The position numbers and the translations under genes are program-made. A DNA stretch of 64,000 nt from the human T2T-CHM13v2.0 reference genome, Homo sapiens. The DNA lies in the NCBI RefSeq assembly GCF_009914755.1, contig NC_060936.1; one strand, written 5' to 3'. Of the stretch, positions 1-12,759 are shown piece after piece; the first letter of the stretch is position 1, and each line of letters begins with the position of its first letter. The notes under the pieces are model-generated. The model did no database searches and was not told the origin of the DNA. It saw only the letters and a program-made list of their open reading frames with translations.

Positions 1-37
1 GTGCTGGGATTACAGGCGTGAGCCACCGCGCCTGGCC
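1..37 (-). mobile_element. Alu 5' end (element continues left of the window)
   Basis: gtgctgggattacaggcgtgagccaccgcgcctggcc. Confidence 0.9.
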
Positions 38-224
38 AGAAAATTCTTAAAATGGTGGGAAATTGGAATCCTTGAATGGATCCCTCAGTATATTGTACCA
101 GGTAGATGCTTGATTATGCATATTTATTGAATGAATAAATGAAAAAAGAGTAATAAATCATGTGAAGTTGGTAGTTTATAAATTCTTTCTGCAGTAATCC
201 CAAGAGGGAGGGAGGGAGGAGAGG

Positions 225-345
225 TATCTTATTATCATCTTTTAGTAGATGAAAACCTGAAGCTCAGAAGTTAAGTGAATAGACCAAGGCCACACACTGA
301 GTAAGTGGCAGAATTTTCTGAAGGACTTTTGACTCTAAACTCCAT
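225..345 (-). mobile_element. MIR fragment
   Basis: MIR core-like 'ttttagtagatgaaaacctgaagctcagaagttaagtga...ccaaggccacacact...agtggcaga'. Confidence 0.6.
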
Positions 346-1059
346 GCTTTTATTAATGCACAACCCTGCTCTCTATCCTGCAATTGATCTGTATATCAGA
401 TAATATTTATAAGCTGTGTTTAACTTTTGGAGGCACAGATGTTTCTAGAGGCCCTGAATGAGATTGTATGTTGCACTTTACTTTTCTGTTGAGGGCAAGA
501 AAAGGAAGACATAATGGCAAGGTGTTTCTATAGAGAGGCAAGGTGTTTGCAGAAATTTATAGGAGTTGGTGAACATGAAATCAATATAAAAGAGAAAAAT
601 GACAGCAAGCCCGGGGCCACCTGCCTATGATTGGCCCACAGTAACTCCTTGTTGAAAAGAAAAGGTAGGGTGCCCAGAGCTAAAAGATCTCTTCTCAGGC
701 TGCTTCCACTGTTATTTGTGTTTAGCTACTCTGTTGATGTCCCTGTAGTGATGCACTTAGAAAATTAACCAGGGTTGTGATACAACTGCCACTTGAGTTC
801 TGTACTTTTCTTCCAGACTCTCTTACCTAGGGTGCCCAGAGAACAGCTAGGGAGTGACAAGAAAAGCAGATCTTTCTGTTTTCCACCTGATGGAGGAGTA
901 GGAGAGATGTTAAAGCTGAAGGCAGTCTGAAAATGAAGGAATAGAGTAGGGAGGATGGAGGGGTATGGGAGAATGGAAGTGGTATCAGAATATTTAGAGG
1001 GAAGTCACAGCACAGGATGAGATAAATTGAACCCTTCTCATGAAGAGTGGTTGGAAAGA

Positions 1060-1380
1060 AAGTGGACATCTAATTAGGAGGAGGAAAATCCTTGGGGTTG
1101 TAATATTATGTTCAAATACTTGGAAGATTTTCCTGATAAAGGAAGATTTTTCTCTGTTAACTCAAAGTAGTAGGACTAGGACCAACTTTTAGACATTGTG
1201 GGAAGATGGCTTTTGAGCTAGTTATTATAGGAAGAATTTCGTCAGTGTCTGAATCACCTGGAAATTGGGTGCGCCACATCAGGAGGTAGGAGACGTTCGA
1301 GGCACAGGCTGAGTGAGCCTGATGGAGCTACACTAAGACAGACTCAGCAAACATTAGAGATGCCTTCTCTTTCAGAGTTA
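1060..1380 (+). mobile_element. CR1/L3 3' fragment (heavily decayed)
   Basis: 'ttcaaatacttggaag...ggactaggaccaac...ataggaagaatttc' resembles the L3 3' region; from recall. Confidence 0.45.
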
Positions 1381-1442
1381 ATGTGATTCTATGCAGAAGA
1401 GAAAATTATTTCATATGCAGACACAGACACACACACAGAGCA

Positions 1443-1469
1443 TGTGTGTGTGTGTGTGTGTGTGTGTGT
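1443..1469 (+). repeat. (TG)n microsatellite preceded by an imperfect (CA)n tract
   Basis: Read directly. Confidence 0.95.
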
Positions 1470-1538
1470 AATTTAAGAGTAGATTACAATCCAGTATACA
1501 CAGGGCCCCAAAATATAGAAAACATGGGAAAAGAGGAG

Positions 1539-1977
1539 TGTATTAGTTTCTTGGGCTCGCTGTAACAGAGTACCGCAAATTAGATGGCCTTAAGCAACAG
1601 AAATGTGTTCTTAAGGTTCTGGAGGCCAGAAGCCCGCAGTCAGGGTGTCAGCAGGCTTATGCTCCCTCTGAAACCTGTAGGCAAGCCCTTCTTGCTTATT
1701 CTGGCTTCTGGTGTTTGCCAGCAATGCTTGACATACCTTGGCTTCACTCCAGTCTCTGCCTCTGTCACTAGATGGCTGTCTTCCCTCTGTGTGTCTCTGT
1801 CTGTGTCTCTTCTCCTCTTCTTATAAGGAAACCAGTAATGTAATGGCCCACCTTACTCAGTATGACCTTATCTTAACTAATGACATCTTCAGTGGCCCTC
1901 TTTCCAAATAAGGTCTCTTCCTGAGGTATTGAGGGGTGAGATTTTGACATCTATTTTTTGGGGGAAACAATTCAAAG
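1539..1977 (-). mobile_element. MLT1 (MaLR) solo LTR, MLT1B/C-like
   Basis: tgtattagtttc...gctgtaaca...taagcaacagaaatg...ttccaaataaggtc...ggggaaacaattcaa. Confidence 0.8.
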
Positions 1978-2115
1978 CAAAGAGAAATAGGATTCTTGCT
2001 TTATGGTCTTATTTTTTTCTGTCAAGAAGACCTGAAGAAGTTAGAGAAAAATATTTTGACTCAAACCCAGCAAACTTGAATTCAGGTACAAAAGATTGAT
2101 TTTTCCCTCTCAGCA

Positions 2116-2360
2116 ATGTTGAATGGTTTTGTGGATAGGGGAAATCTAGTAGATATTAAATATTTTTATCTGCAAAAAGCATTTGGTAAGGTTCTCAATG
2201 GGAGATTAATGACTAAAATAAAGAATGAGGCATTAGGAGATAAATTTGCTTATGAGCAAGAGACAGATACTAACAGTAGAAGGAAATACTTTTTAGATTG
2301 GAAAGGAGTGACATATAGCACAAGCCAGGAATCAGTTTTGGGACCTATGGGTTTTTCACT
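2116..2360 (+). mobile_element. CR1/L3 LINE reverse-transcriptase fossil
   Basis: Translation VDRGNLVDIKYFYLQKAFGKV...LDWKGVTYSTSQESVLGP aligns by eye with CR1 RT motifs (VDxGxxVDvxYLDFxKAFDxV; WxxVTSGVPQGSVLGP). Confidence 0.75.
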
Positions 2361-3347
2361 TTATTTTTATTGGACTTTGTAATAAAAATACAGATCTTCA
2401 AACAGTCCAAGACAGAGTGAGTAATACTACAAGCATCAGTAATCAAAAGTTATTCTCTATCATAAACTAAATGACTGATAATAAATACTGACACAAGACT
2501 ACACAATGTACCATAATATTATAAAATGGAGCAGGCAATTCTCTTGTGTTCTCTTTTCCTCCGCATGGGTGAATATTTCTTTATTTGCTGTTTAAAAAAA
2601 ATATTTGCAGGCTTCTAGGATTACTTTATAAGCCAAATGAATGAAAAAAATGATTTTTTTTTTAATTTGGAAAGATATGTTAACAGGGAAAAATTGGTTG
2701 AAGCAAGACAAAGGTTACATTGCCATCACTAGAATAAAGAAATGAAGGGCCCTGCGTGTTACATTGCTCAGCAAGGTGTTCGGTAAAAATACTTGAGTTA
2801 GGGGGCGTTCTTGAAATCATCAGCTTATTCTGCAGTCATGACTTTAACGGAATCATATGCAAAAGAGTCATTGTTAGAATGAGGAAACTACATATCTAAA
2901 GACAGGGAAATATAGCATGGAACTTTTTTCTCTTTTTAAATTTTAACGTGGCTCTAAAAAAATCCATAAAATCCATTGATTGTATATGTAACGTTTAGTC
3001 TGCCCAGCAGCTAGTAAATTATGTAGAGAACATACTTTTCAAATTGAACTTTTGCCTGTCACCCCTTTTGTCAAAAATCACTAAAAGGTGTTTACAAATT
3101 CATTGCCTTTTCCCCATTATTTGTACATTGTCAGATATAAGCCAAGAGAAACAGAGCAAATAAACATTCGAAAGTGAACTCAGAGAAATTGTAAATGCTT
3201 AGAAAACTATAAAGATTATAAAGTGTAAAGAAGCTCCATTAACCTCAAACCTCTCATTTTAAAGGTGAGAAAACCAAGATCCAGAAAGGTCAAATTCATA
3301 AGAAATTTGCCCGAGGACAAATAACTAAAGTCAAAACACAGAGTCTA

Positions 3348-3545
3348 GAACAAGGTTCTCAACCTGGGCTGCACATTAGAGTTTCCTGGCAAGCTTCTTT
3401 AATGAACTGTTGCAATGATCTTCCTACCAGAGATTGTGATTTCAGGGGTCATGAACGGAGCCAAGGAAATTCATACTTTGAGAAACATGCATTTTAAAAC
3501 TTCTCCAGTTGCTTCTGCTGTGTGGGCAGGAATGAGAACCTCTGA
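3348..3545. mobile_element. MER5-type hAT-Charlie MITE
   Basis: Termini caaggttctcaacct...tgagaacctctg with MER5-like interior. Confidence 0.6.
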
Positions 3546-3587
3546 TCTAGGATCTAGCTTTCCTAATGTTAACACAGGAAGTCTTTC

Positions 3588-3893
<306 letters not shown>

Positions 3894-4489
3894 TAACACA
3901 GGAAGTCTTTCAACTCACATTTGTAGTTCAGAGATGGCTTAAAGAGCTTCAGATTCTGAGGTAGGAAGCACCTTTAGCATAGGCAGTCCACAGTTAACAA
4001 ACCAATTGTTCTAGTAGTTATTTTCATTGCGATGTGCTTATTTGGACCGCTGAACTTACATCCCCAAAGAAACAAGATTGTACATTGTTGTTTGGTGTCT
4101 AGGCCAGCCCCGAGATTAGCTTACAGAATAACTGAAATGTAGCCTGTGTCAGTTGCACTATAGGTCCTAACCAACGCATATACAGTGTTTTTCTAAGAGC
4201 AAGAATTTATATTTTAAATTTAGGTCTCTCAGGACATTTGTAATTCTTCTACTGTTCTGATAGCACTATCAAGATTTCACCTCCTTTCATCTTCAACATA
4301 TTAGATTTAGGATTTGAATAGGGAGTTCCCCAATTCCAAACTGTGTCGGGGAATGGGAGGAAATGAGGGATGGAGGGTTGGTGAGGGCTGGAGGGAAGAC
4401 TGAGGCACTGTGGGAGCGAGGAGGAGGCCAATCAAGAACAGAAGGGCCAGGGTTCTCTGCCATCAGTACCTGGGGATATTTCTTTCCCT

Positions 4490-5455
4490 CGAATGGGTTC
4501 ATCCAAATATTTGATGAAGGCATAATGTTTATCAGACACTATTCTAGGCATTGGAGGAGGATTAGAAGAGAGAATGGAGAGAGTAAAGTAAGCATGACAT
4601 AGTTCCTGGCCTTAAAAAAGTGACATTATCTCTTAGTGTGGTGAAGAAGTGAAAAATAGGGTTTATGATTTGTCATTTTGGGAAAGCAGGTGATGTGGGG
4701 ACACGTTTTCCAAGCACTTCAGGAACACAGCTGACCTTCTCTGGAGGAGTCATAGAAGAATTCACAAAGCAAGTGGCATTTGTATAGAAGTTGTTAGGTG
4801 CAGATACAGAGAAAGGCATTTTGGGCTGAGAGTCACTGGCTCTCATAGAGAGATGTGAAAGAACATGTCATGGTGAGAAAGCTGGTCTGGTTGGGCTGGA
4901 GAGTAAATGGAAAGTGGCAGAAGAGGTGGGGATGAAGCTAGTAAATAGCTTGGAGTTTAAGGCCATGCTAAGGAATTGAAGTTTCGTGTTTGGGGGTACA
5001 GGAAATTTTTAGCCTGAGGAATGAATGATTGACTGAGTAACTCATTCATTCATTCATTTATTCAGTCGTTAGGATTTATTGGAAGTTTGCTGTATGTCAG
5101 ACACTGGATGACAAAGATTATTATGACACCCTCAATCCAGATGCTTTGTAGAAGCAGAGCAGTGATCAGATTTTCATTTTAGGGACATAACCTTTGGGCA
5201 ATGTGTTTAGGCTGGAGACAGGAAGGCCATTAGGAAGCTGTGATAACACTTCAGCTGACCATCACGAGCTCCTGAACTGAGATGCAATGCAGGCAATGCA
5301 GTGGGTATGGAGCAGAGTAGATGCCTGTGGGACATATCGGGGGGCAAATTTGATTGTGCTTGGTGAGTGATTGCATGCTGAGCAGGGAAGGGAAGGGCAG
5401 ATCCAACTCCTAATGGTGCCATTTGTCAGGATAGGGAATTTAAGAGGACGAAGTC
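4490..5455 (-). mobile_element. L2 fragments
   Basis: L2-like 'ttcatccaaatatttgatg...agacactattctaggcattgga' and 'ggaaggccattaggaagctg...'; a second L2 tail (cattcattcatt) at ~5040. Confidence 0.55.
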
Positions 5456-6442
5456 TTTTTCCCAGCCCAGGAACCAGCGCCTCTGTTTCCATTTATAAGA
5501 CCTGCACCCGTTCATTCTATTATTGGTTTATTGCAGAACATAGCGCAGTCTAACCGCTTTTCCTCTACTTTTCTGTTCTTGCAACAAGGAAAAACATAGT
5601 AACGTTTTTAAGGAAATCTGATGAAGGCTATGAAGGTGAAAGAAAGGCTATTTTTTGGTTTAGAAAACATTAGCAAGATAACACATGTAAATCAAAATGC
5701 AGAACTAATACATTTGTTTTAGTGATTCAGGAGGAAAAGGAAATTCATGCTTTTACTTGAATTATCAGGATGATGCTTTGCTTTACCAGTGACCCAAGAA
5801 TGAGTGTTATAGTATGCTTTTTGTAAAAAATTTATCACCAACTGGGGCATTGAAAGTAAGTTTCCTATGTTACGCGGCTGCTAAATTGGCCAGGGACAAC
5901 GGAGGAGGAACTGAATAGTCAATGAAATTGGAAAGAATTTAGATCATCCATGTCACACAAAGCCAGCAAAGGCTGTTTGTAGAACGTTAGCTGCTATCAC
6001 ACTGGCTTGATATTAACATTCTAGTGAATAATTAAAATATTCCTGTTTATTTTTTAATAAAAAGAAAAAGCATATATGTTACCTCAGAGTCTGTAATGAT
6101 ACCTATAGTTGCATCCATCAGATGTTGAGTTTTTTTTTACTAGGATTGTAGAGTAGATAACTTAGACAATTAAAAAGCAGGTTTTGTTCTGCCTTTTTCT
6201 GCATTCTTGTTTTACAGTATTCAGTATTACAATGCCATTCAAAAATATAAAATAAAAATCCTTAAAAGTGCTCTGAGACATTTTCATTATTGTCAGTATT
6301 TTCTAAATTGAGTGGTTATTAAATACATTTTTCTGCTGGAGTTATTTTTGAAGTACATCTATCATTTTCATTTTCTGTCCATAAACGCATACCCAGGCAG
6401 AGCTGATACTCTATTTCTTCCTGCTAAAATTCGGGCTCCCAT

Positions 6443-6572
6443 TAGAGGATGGGTCAGTAGGTGCAGCAAACCACCACGGCACACGTACACCTATGTAACA
6501 AACCTGCACATTCTGCACATGTTTATCCTATTTTTTTGTTTGTTTGTTTGTTTTTAGAAGAAATAAAAAAAA
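6443..6572 (+). mobile_element. Very short 5'-truncated older L1PA 3' end
   Basis: ggtgcagcaaaccaccacggcacacgtacacctatgtaacaaacctgcac plus A tail; TSD attcgggctcccat 6429-6442 / attcaggctcccat 6575-6588. Confidence 0.85.
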
Positions 6573-7260
6573 CCATTCAGGCTCCCATGAGGTGATCAGG
6601 TACTTCTTTATAATTGAATATACTTTTCAGCTAAACCCACCCCTTTCCACTGGCTGTTTTCTTTGGTTGTTCCTTCAGGGCTAGAGTGGAAAAGTTCAGT
6701 GTTTTATTCGAGACAATTGACTCAGAGAAAAGAACAACTCACACAGAGACCAGAAAGAGATTCGTGCTCAGTAACAAAGAGAGAGTAATACAGACTTGTG
6801 GAGTCATGGTCTTAGGTCTGTGTGACGTGTTTGATGCTCTGCAAGGTGGTCAGTTTCTGGGGTGACTAGACACCACCAATTTCTGGAGGATCTGCCTGAG
6901 TTTATATCCTTTAGATAGTAGTAACAGGCTTAGTAGAGTAGTTGGAATAAAATTACAACTGAGGAAGGACAAGAATAAATGGTATCAGAGGAGAAATTTT
7001 CCCAGGAGGGCGAGGTCATGAGTTAGGAGAACACTAAGACCGAATGCTCTGTCTCCTGCTTCCCTGAGTCAGAAGTGGCAGGCACACTAGACGAAGCAGC
7101 ATTTTGCTGGAGACTTTGTTGAGAATTCAGGTGCTTTGGGAGCTTAGAGAGGAAACAAACCCCGGTATGGACTTTTCAGACAAAATACTGCTTTCTTTGC
7201 CTAATCAAGTAAAGTTAGGATAATGATTACCAGGCACTTTGTAACAGCAAGGTTATTCTT

Positions 7261-7507
7261 TTTTTTTATTATTATTATGCTTTAAGTTTTAGGGTACATG
7301 TGCACAATGTGCAGGTTAGTTACATATGTATACATGTGCCATGTTGGTGTGCTGCACCCATTAACTCGTCATTTAACATTAGGTATATCTTCTAATGCTA
7401 TCCCTCCCCCCTCCCCCTTCCCCACAACAGCCCTGGTGTGTGATGTTCCCCTTCCTATGTCCATGTGTTCTCATTGTTCAATTCCCACCTATGAGTGAGA
7501 ACATGTG
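7261..7507 (-). mobile_element. 5'-truncated young L1PA (L1PA2-4-like) 3' end
   Basis: Near-consensus L1 3'UTR; perfect 18-bp TSD aacagcaaggttattctt at 7243-7260 and 7508-7525. Confidence 0.95.
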
Positions 7508-7744
7508 AACAGCAAGGTTATTCTTAACGCTAAAGTTAAGGTTATTCTAAACTCTAAATTGTTTGCTAGAGAAATTACAAACATAGAAAGAAATACCACA
7601 TAGGAGCCAACGTATATAACTTTAATTAAATGTGGCTCTTATGTGTGACCAGGAACTAGCAAGAACTGTGGCAGAGAAATTAAGAATACCCTCGCTCCTC
7701 ACAGCTGCCCTACAGGATTTTTCCTTTTTCTCTCCTTTCTTTTT

Positions 7745-7958
7745 TTAAATTTAAATTTTTATTTATTAAAATTGTATATATTTGTAACATACAATGTGAC
7801 ATTTTGATAGACATTGTGAAATAATTTTATAGTCACGTACTCATCTCCTCATGTGGTTACCATTTTTTTGTGTATGTGTGGTAAGAACCACACAAATCCT
7901 CTCAGCAAATTCTAAGTGTATAATACAACATTACTAATTAGAGTCCCATGCTGTACAT
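7745..7958 (-). mobile_element. L1MA/MB 3' end fragment
   Basis: aaaattgtatatattt...tacaatgtga...gacattgtgaaata...ctctcagcaaatt...tataatacaac. Confidence 0.7.
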
Positions 7959-8269
7959 CCTCCTCTCTTATTTCCTTAGCTAGTTGCCACCTAGGACTCT
8001 TTACCTCTCCTGAACCTCCACTTTGTCTTAGACAGGGCAGTAGTGCTGTTCTCTTCTCTTCCCCTAAAAATGTTGATCTCTTAGACCCAGTGCCAGTTTC
8101 TTGGCTATGTCCTCCTTCCTCATGTCATGTCATTTTTAAAATCTCCTCCCCTGCCCCAGCTTTGTGCTGAAATACCCTGGAGAGTTGATTTTGGATTCAT
8201 TCTGAAATATAAATGACCTAACTGTAGTCTTTGAAATATTTGAGACCCACTCCTTATGCTCCTAACCCC

Positions 8270-8706
8270 TTATCACCACAAACTGGGTGCCTTACACAAC
8301 AGAAATTTATCTGAGAGTTCTGAGGGTTAGAAGTCTGAGATAAGGTGTGAGCAGGGTTAGTTCCTTCTGAGGGCTATGAGAAAGAATCTGTTTTGTGGCT
8401 CTCCCCTTACTTGCAGGGGATTGTTGCCTATCTTTGGTGTTTCTTGGCTTGTAGAAGCCTCACCCTGGTCTCTGCCTTTGTGATGATATGGTGTTCTTCA
8501 TGTTGTATGTCTGTCTCTTCACCTGGTGTTCTTTTTATAAGGACACTAATCATATTGCAGTAGGAGCCTACCGTACTCCATTGCGACCTCATATTGACTA
8601 ATTATATCTGCAAGCACCCAGGTTCCAAATAAGGTCACATTCTTACATGCTAGGGGTTAGGACTTCCACCTATGAATTTTGGGGGGCTCCAGTTCAATCC
8701 ACAACA
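8270..8706 (-). mobile_element. MLT1 solo LTR
   Basis: accacaaactgggtgcctta...cagaaattt...ttccaaataaggtcacattc...gttcaatccacaaca. Confidence 0.8.
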
Positions 8707-10436
8707 AATGAGTTCAAAATGAGGAAAGCAAAACTGGAGTTCAGAGAGAATCTTTTTGGCTCATTTTGCTTGTGTGCCTAAGGGCTGAGTGTTCGTTTTA
8801 GGTAAGAGAGAAACTGTGAGGGGTTAGGGTTTGGGTTAGAGAAGCCTACTACTGTAGGCTAGATGCCAACTAAAAACAACTGCTGGGGGCAGTGGAGAGG
8901 GAAGTAGACTGCAGGGTTGATGTAAGAAAAACAGGTGAGTTTGCACTTGTTGGGGGAGCGCCAGGAAACAAGAGTGTCAATTTCTGGCTCATGAGTGAGA
9001 AGTATTCCTCCTTAGTTGTGCCTGAGAAGCTCCCAGCTTCCATAACTCCTCACTGCCCCTTCCCCGCAAAACCCTCTTTGTATCACCATCTTGAGATTCC
9101 TTATCCAAATTTAAACTCCATTAGTAATTTAAAGCTCTGAGGAAGTTCATCCCAACCTGGAAGAGGAGAGAGGTGTTCTGGGTTGTAGAGCTAGCCACTC
9201 AGAGGCATCCGGGCCTTCCTCTGTTTCCTAAAACATCATTGTGCAGAATGCTTAGAAGGGGTTGGTAGGGCTATTCATTAAGTGCAGTAAGAGTAAAACA
9301 TGCTTTTCTGGGCTGGCTGGGACTTACTACCACATGAAATCTGGAAAAGTACATTCTGATTTCCAGCCGGCTGTGAATTTACAAACTTTTGGAATGCAAT
9401 CTATTTCTAGGTTGGAGAATGGCATTACTAAACTGCTCAATTTAATAATTAGAGGTAGAAAATATAATTGGTTTATCTTTGTAGTCAAATAGCAATTTCA
9501 TATATGCAGATAATTTGAATCTGAATGTACAGCCAAGTATTCAAAATATAAATAGATGCAGAGAAAAAATCAAAAGCACATATAATTCCCCCAGACCCTA
9601 CATAAAGCAAAAGGAACCACTGCAGAAAAGAAAAGAAAAACCCAACTCCTCCTTAACAATTTGTTCTCCCACCAATCTTTGATTTATAAATCTAGAAGCC
9701 TCATGTTTTCTGGAATCCTTAATAAAAAATGACTTTTTAAATGTCACAATTCTTAATTTTTCTTAGTACATTGAAAAAAATTAAAGCTAGTAAGGAAAAG
9801 AGGCATCCCAGTACTTTCTGACAGAGGAAGAAAGAAAAGGACTAACCACCTTTCTAAATGTTTAATAGTAGTCATATTAACTTATTAAATTGTATGCTCT
9901 CAAGAAACAAGTGGGTGTTTATGCATGTATCCTTTGTACGATGACAACAATGACAACAAATGACTTAGTGGGGCTTTGGTTCTTTGTTACATTCTTTTTT
10001 CAAAAACCAAGGTGGATTATGTTTATTAAATGTTTTTAAAAATTTAAAAAAATCCTACTAAAAACTAGGAGATACCTTGGGAGTTTCCAAAATCAAGGTT
10101 AGGAACCATTGATTTATAAAGATCGTCTGCATATGTGTGTTTCCTAGTTCAAGGAGTTAGAAAACTTTTGATAATTTAATGGGATTTATGAACCTATTTT
10201 AAGAGTTAGAGTCTGTGAATAACTAGATAAAGAAGAAACAGAGCAACTGAGGATTTGGTTTTATGCCCTGTAGAGTTCAAATTAAATTTTACTAAAAGGC
10301 AGTTTAAAAGTTTAAAAGATTAACTTCTCTTTCATTTCACGCAGTCTACTTCAGAACTAGTCACCATAATGAACTCAACAGACGTGCCCTGGAATGATTT
10401 GGAATACTAGAAGAGTTACCGTCAGAGTTGAAAAGG

Positions 10437-10728
10437 GGCCAAGCACAGTGGCTCATGCCTGCAATCCCAGTGCTTTGGGGAGGCTGAGGTGGGAGGATCG
10501 CTTGAGGCCAGGAGTTTGAGACCAGCCTGGGCAATGTAGGAAGACCCTGTCTCTACAAAAAATATTTAAAAATTAGCAGGGCACGGTAAGGCGCACCTAC
10601 AGTCCTAGCTACTTAGGAGACTGAGATGGGAGGATTACTTGAGTCCAGGACAGGAGTTCGAGGCTGCAGTGAGCTATGATTGCACCACTGGTCTCTAGCC
10701 TGGGTAACAGAGAGAAAAAAAATTAAAA
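10437..10728 (+). mobile_element. AluJ
   Basis: Alu dimer with J-type ggaggatcgcttgaggccaggagtt and gctgcagtgagctatgat; 5-bp internal duplication caggacaggag. Confidence 0.9.
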
Positions 10729-12444
10729 AGCTTATTCTGAAGACCAGCTCGCTTCAACCGAGTGAATGAAGAAAGCTTTTATGTTTGGAACTATTTTCTG
10801 CTAAAACTGATTTCTGAGTTGTGTTCTGTTAGACAATATCTCAATCAAAACTTCTTTGACAAAAACATCTCATGGTCATGCAAGTTTGGGGAATGCTGCA
10901 TGAATATACCCCTGCAAGCCATTCACAGTGCACAGGCATTTAGAAAAGACCCTGCAAGTTTACAAAAAGAAAAAACTTCTATATTTTTGGATAAATTCAT
11001 CATACCAAACTTATTTTAAGTATGGCTAAGTTCTTCTCGTGTATCATTTTTAATATTGAACCAAAGAATAGAGCAAGTGAATAGTTATTAGGTTAAGTCC
11101 TGTAGACATAGAAGATTATGCTCTGTGGGAATATAAATTTTTAAGCAGACAAGATTACTATGAACACATAACTGTAAGAGCATAAGCATGCAGGTATAAG
11201 TGGTCAATTTTAGAAAACCTTCCTTACAATCTCTTTAAACATCACCCCCTCCCCATTCCTGTGGCCATTGTCTGAAATTCTGCTGTTCGGTCCTTACACT
11301 TTCATTTAAGCCTATTAAAAGTTAAGTCTATTTAAAGGATGTAACACGTTCAGCAAATGTGTGGCCTTACTTGTGGAAAACCAGCTAATAGATGATGAGA
11401 ACTAGATGTGGACTTTGTGAAAATATTCAATAAAAACAAAATCCATTGAGCTGAGACTGTAGGTGACAATCCCTTCCTTACCCTCTCCCCTCTTGCTCCC
11501 AATGAAAAGAAGTCAGGACATTTGTCCAACCCAAATCAGAAACCCAAAACCAGAAACCAAGAAAAGAGGAAGTTTTTCTTTAGGCTGAAAATTGCGTTGC
11601 CAGTGAGATTTTTTTGTATTAATGCTCTGACTAAAGAAATAGCTGGAAAAAAATAGCAGAAAAATGTAATACAAATTTATGCAGTTAAATGACTGTCTGG
11701 GACGAAAATCAAGAAAACAAAGCCCAAACGTTACCTATTAGTTAGTGAGCGGCCCTCATTTATAGTGTGCTGAAACTCAACTACCCTCTCTCCACACTTG
11801 GCCCCTCCAGCCCTGCCATCTGGAGACAGAAACCTCATTCATTTCCACACGTCGTACCCGACATGAATTCCTAACCTGTCACCGCTCCTGATCCCACCTC
11901 CTAGCTATCCCTCTCTTCTCCAGCATTTTGGACATGTCTCTCAGCATATGTGTCTGCCTATCTCTCAGAATGGAGTATGAGTGTCCACTCAGAGACAGAG
12001 ACTTATTTATCAGTGCTGAGCACATAGCCTAGAACATGGTAGTCATTCACAGATATTTCTGATGGGACACAATAGTTAAGGAAAGTTCCTAAGAGCTAGG
12101 AAATGTAAGCCTGTATTGCTATCAAGAAATTCTGGAAATTCCTTCTTTGGTTACTTTAGGCTTGAAAATATGTCTTCTCCGTGTGTACTTCCACAGCCTT
12201 CTCAGCCAGATGGCCTCAGTGGGAGCCTGAAGTGTCATGTAACTGCTTTAGTTTTTAAATATTTGTCACGTTATGTATCAAGCTCTTAGAACAGTACCTC
12301 GCCGATAGTAAGTGCTAGATAAGTGTATTAGAGAAAATCTTTAAATAAAAACCCATTTGTTTATACAAATAGGCAATTGCAGCCATAGAGTCATTGTAAA
12401 ACTTAGTTATGTTCATTATAGACATTTTTTACTCTTTTTGGGGT

Positions 12445-12759
12445 TTTTTTGTTTTTTTTTTTTTGTTTTTTTTTTTTGAGACAAGGTCTCACCCTGTTGC
12501 GCAGGCTGAAGCGCAGTGGCGCGATCTTGGCTCACTGCAACCTCCGCCTCCGGGGTTCAAGTGATTCTTGTGCCTCAGCCTCCTGAGTAGCTGGGATTAA
12601 AAGCATGCATCACCATGCCCGGCTAGCTTTTGTATTTTTAGTTGAAATGGTGTTTCACCATGTTGGCCAGGCTGGTCTTGAACTCCTGGCTCCTAGCAGT
12701 CCACCTGCCTCAGCCTCCCAAAGTGTTGGGATTGCAGGCGTGAGCCACTGTGCCCCGCC
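12445..12759 (-). mobile_element. AluS/J
   Basis: Full dimer, T-rich tail, flanking atagacatt repeat (12418-12426, 12761-12769). Confidence 0.9.

Noticed and set aside
516-548. 12-bp direct repeat ggcaaggtgttt x2
   Set aside because: Only two units; ordinary slippage duplication.
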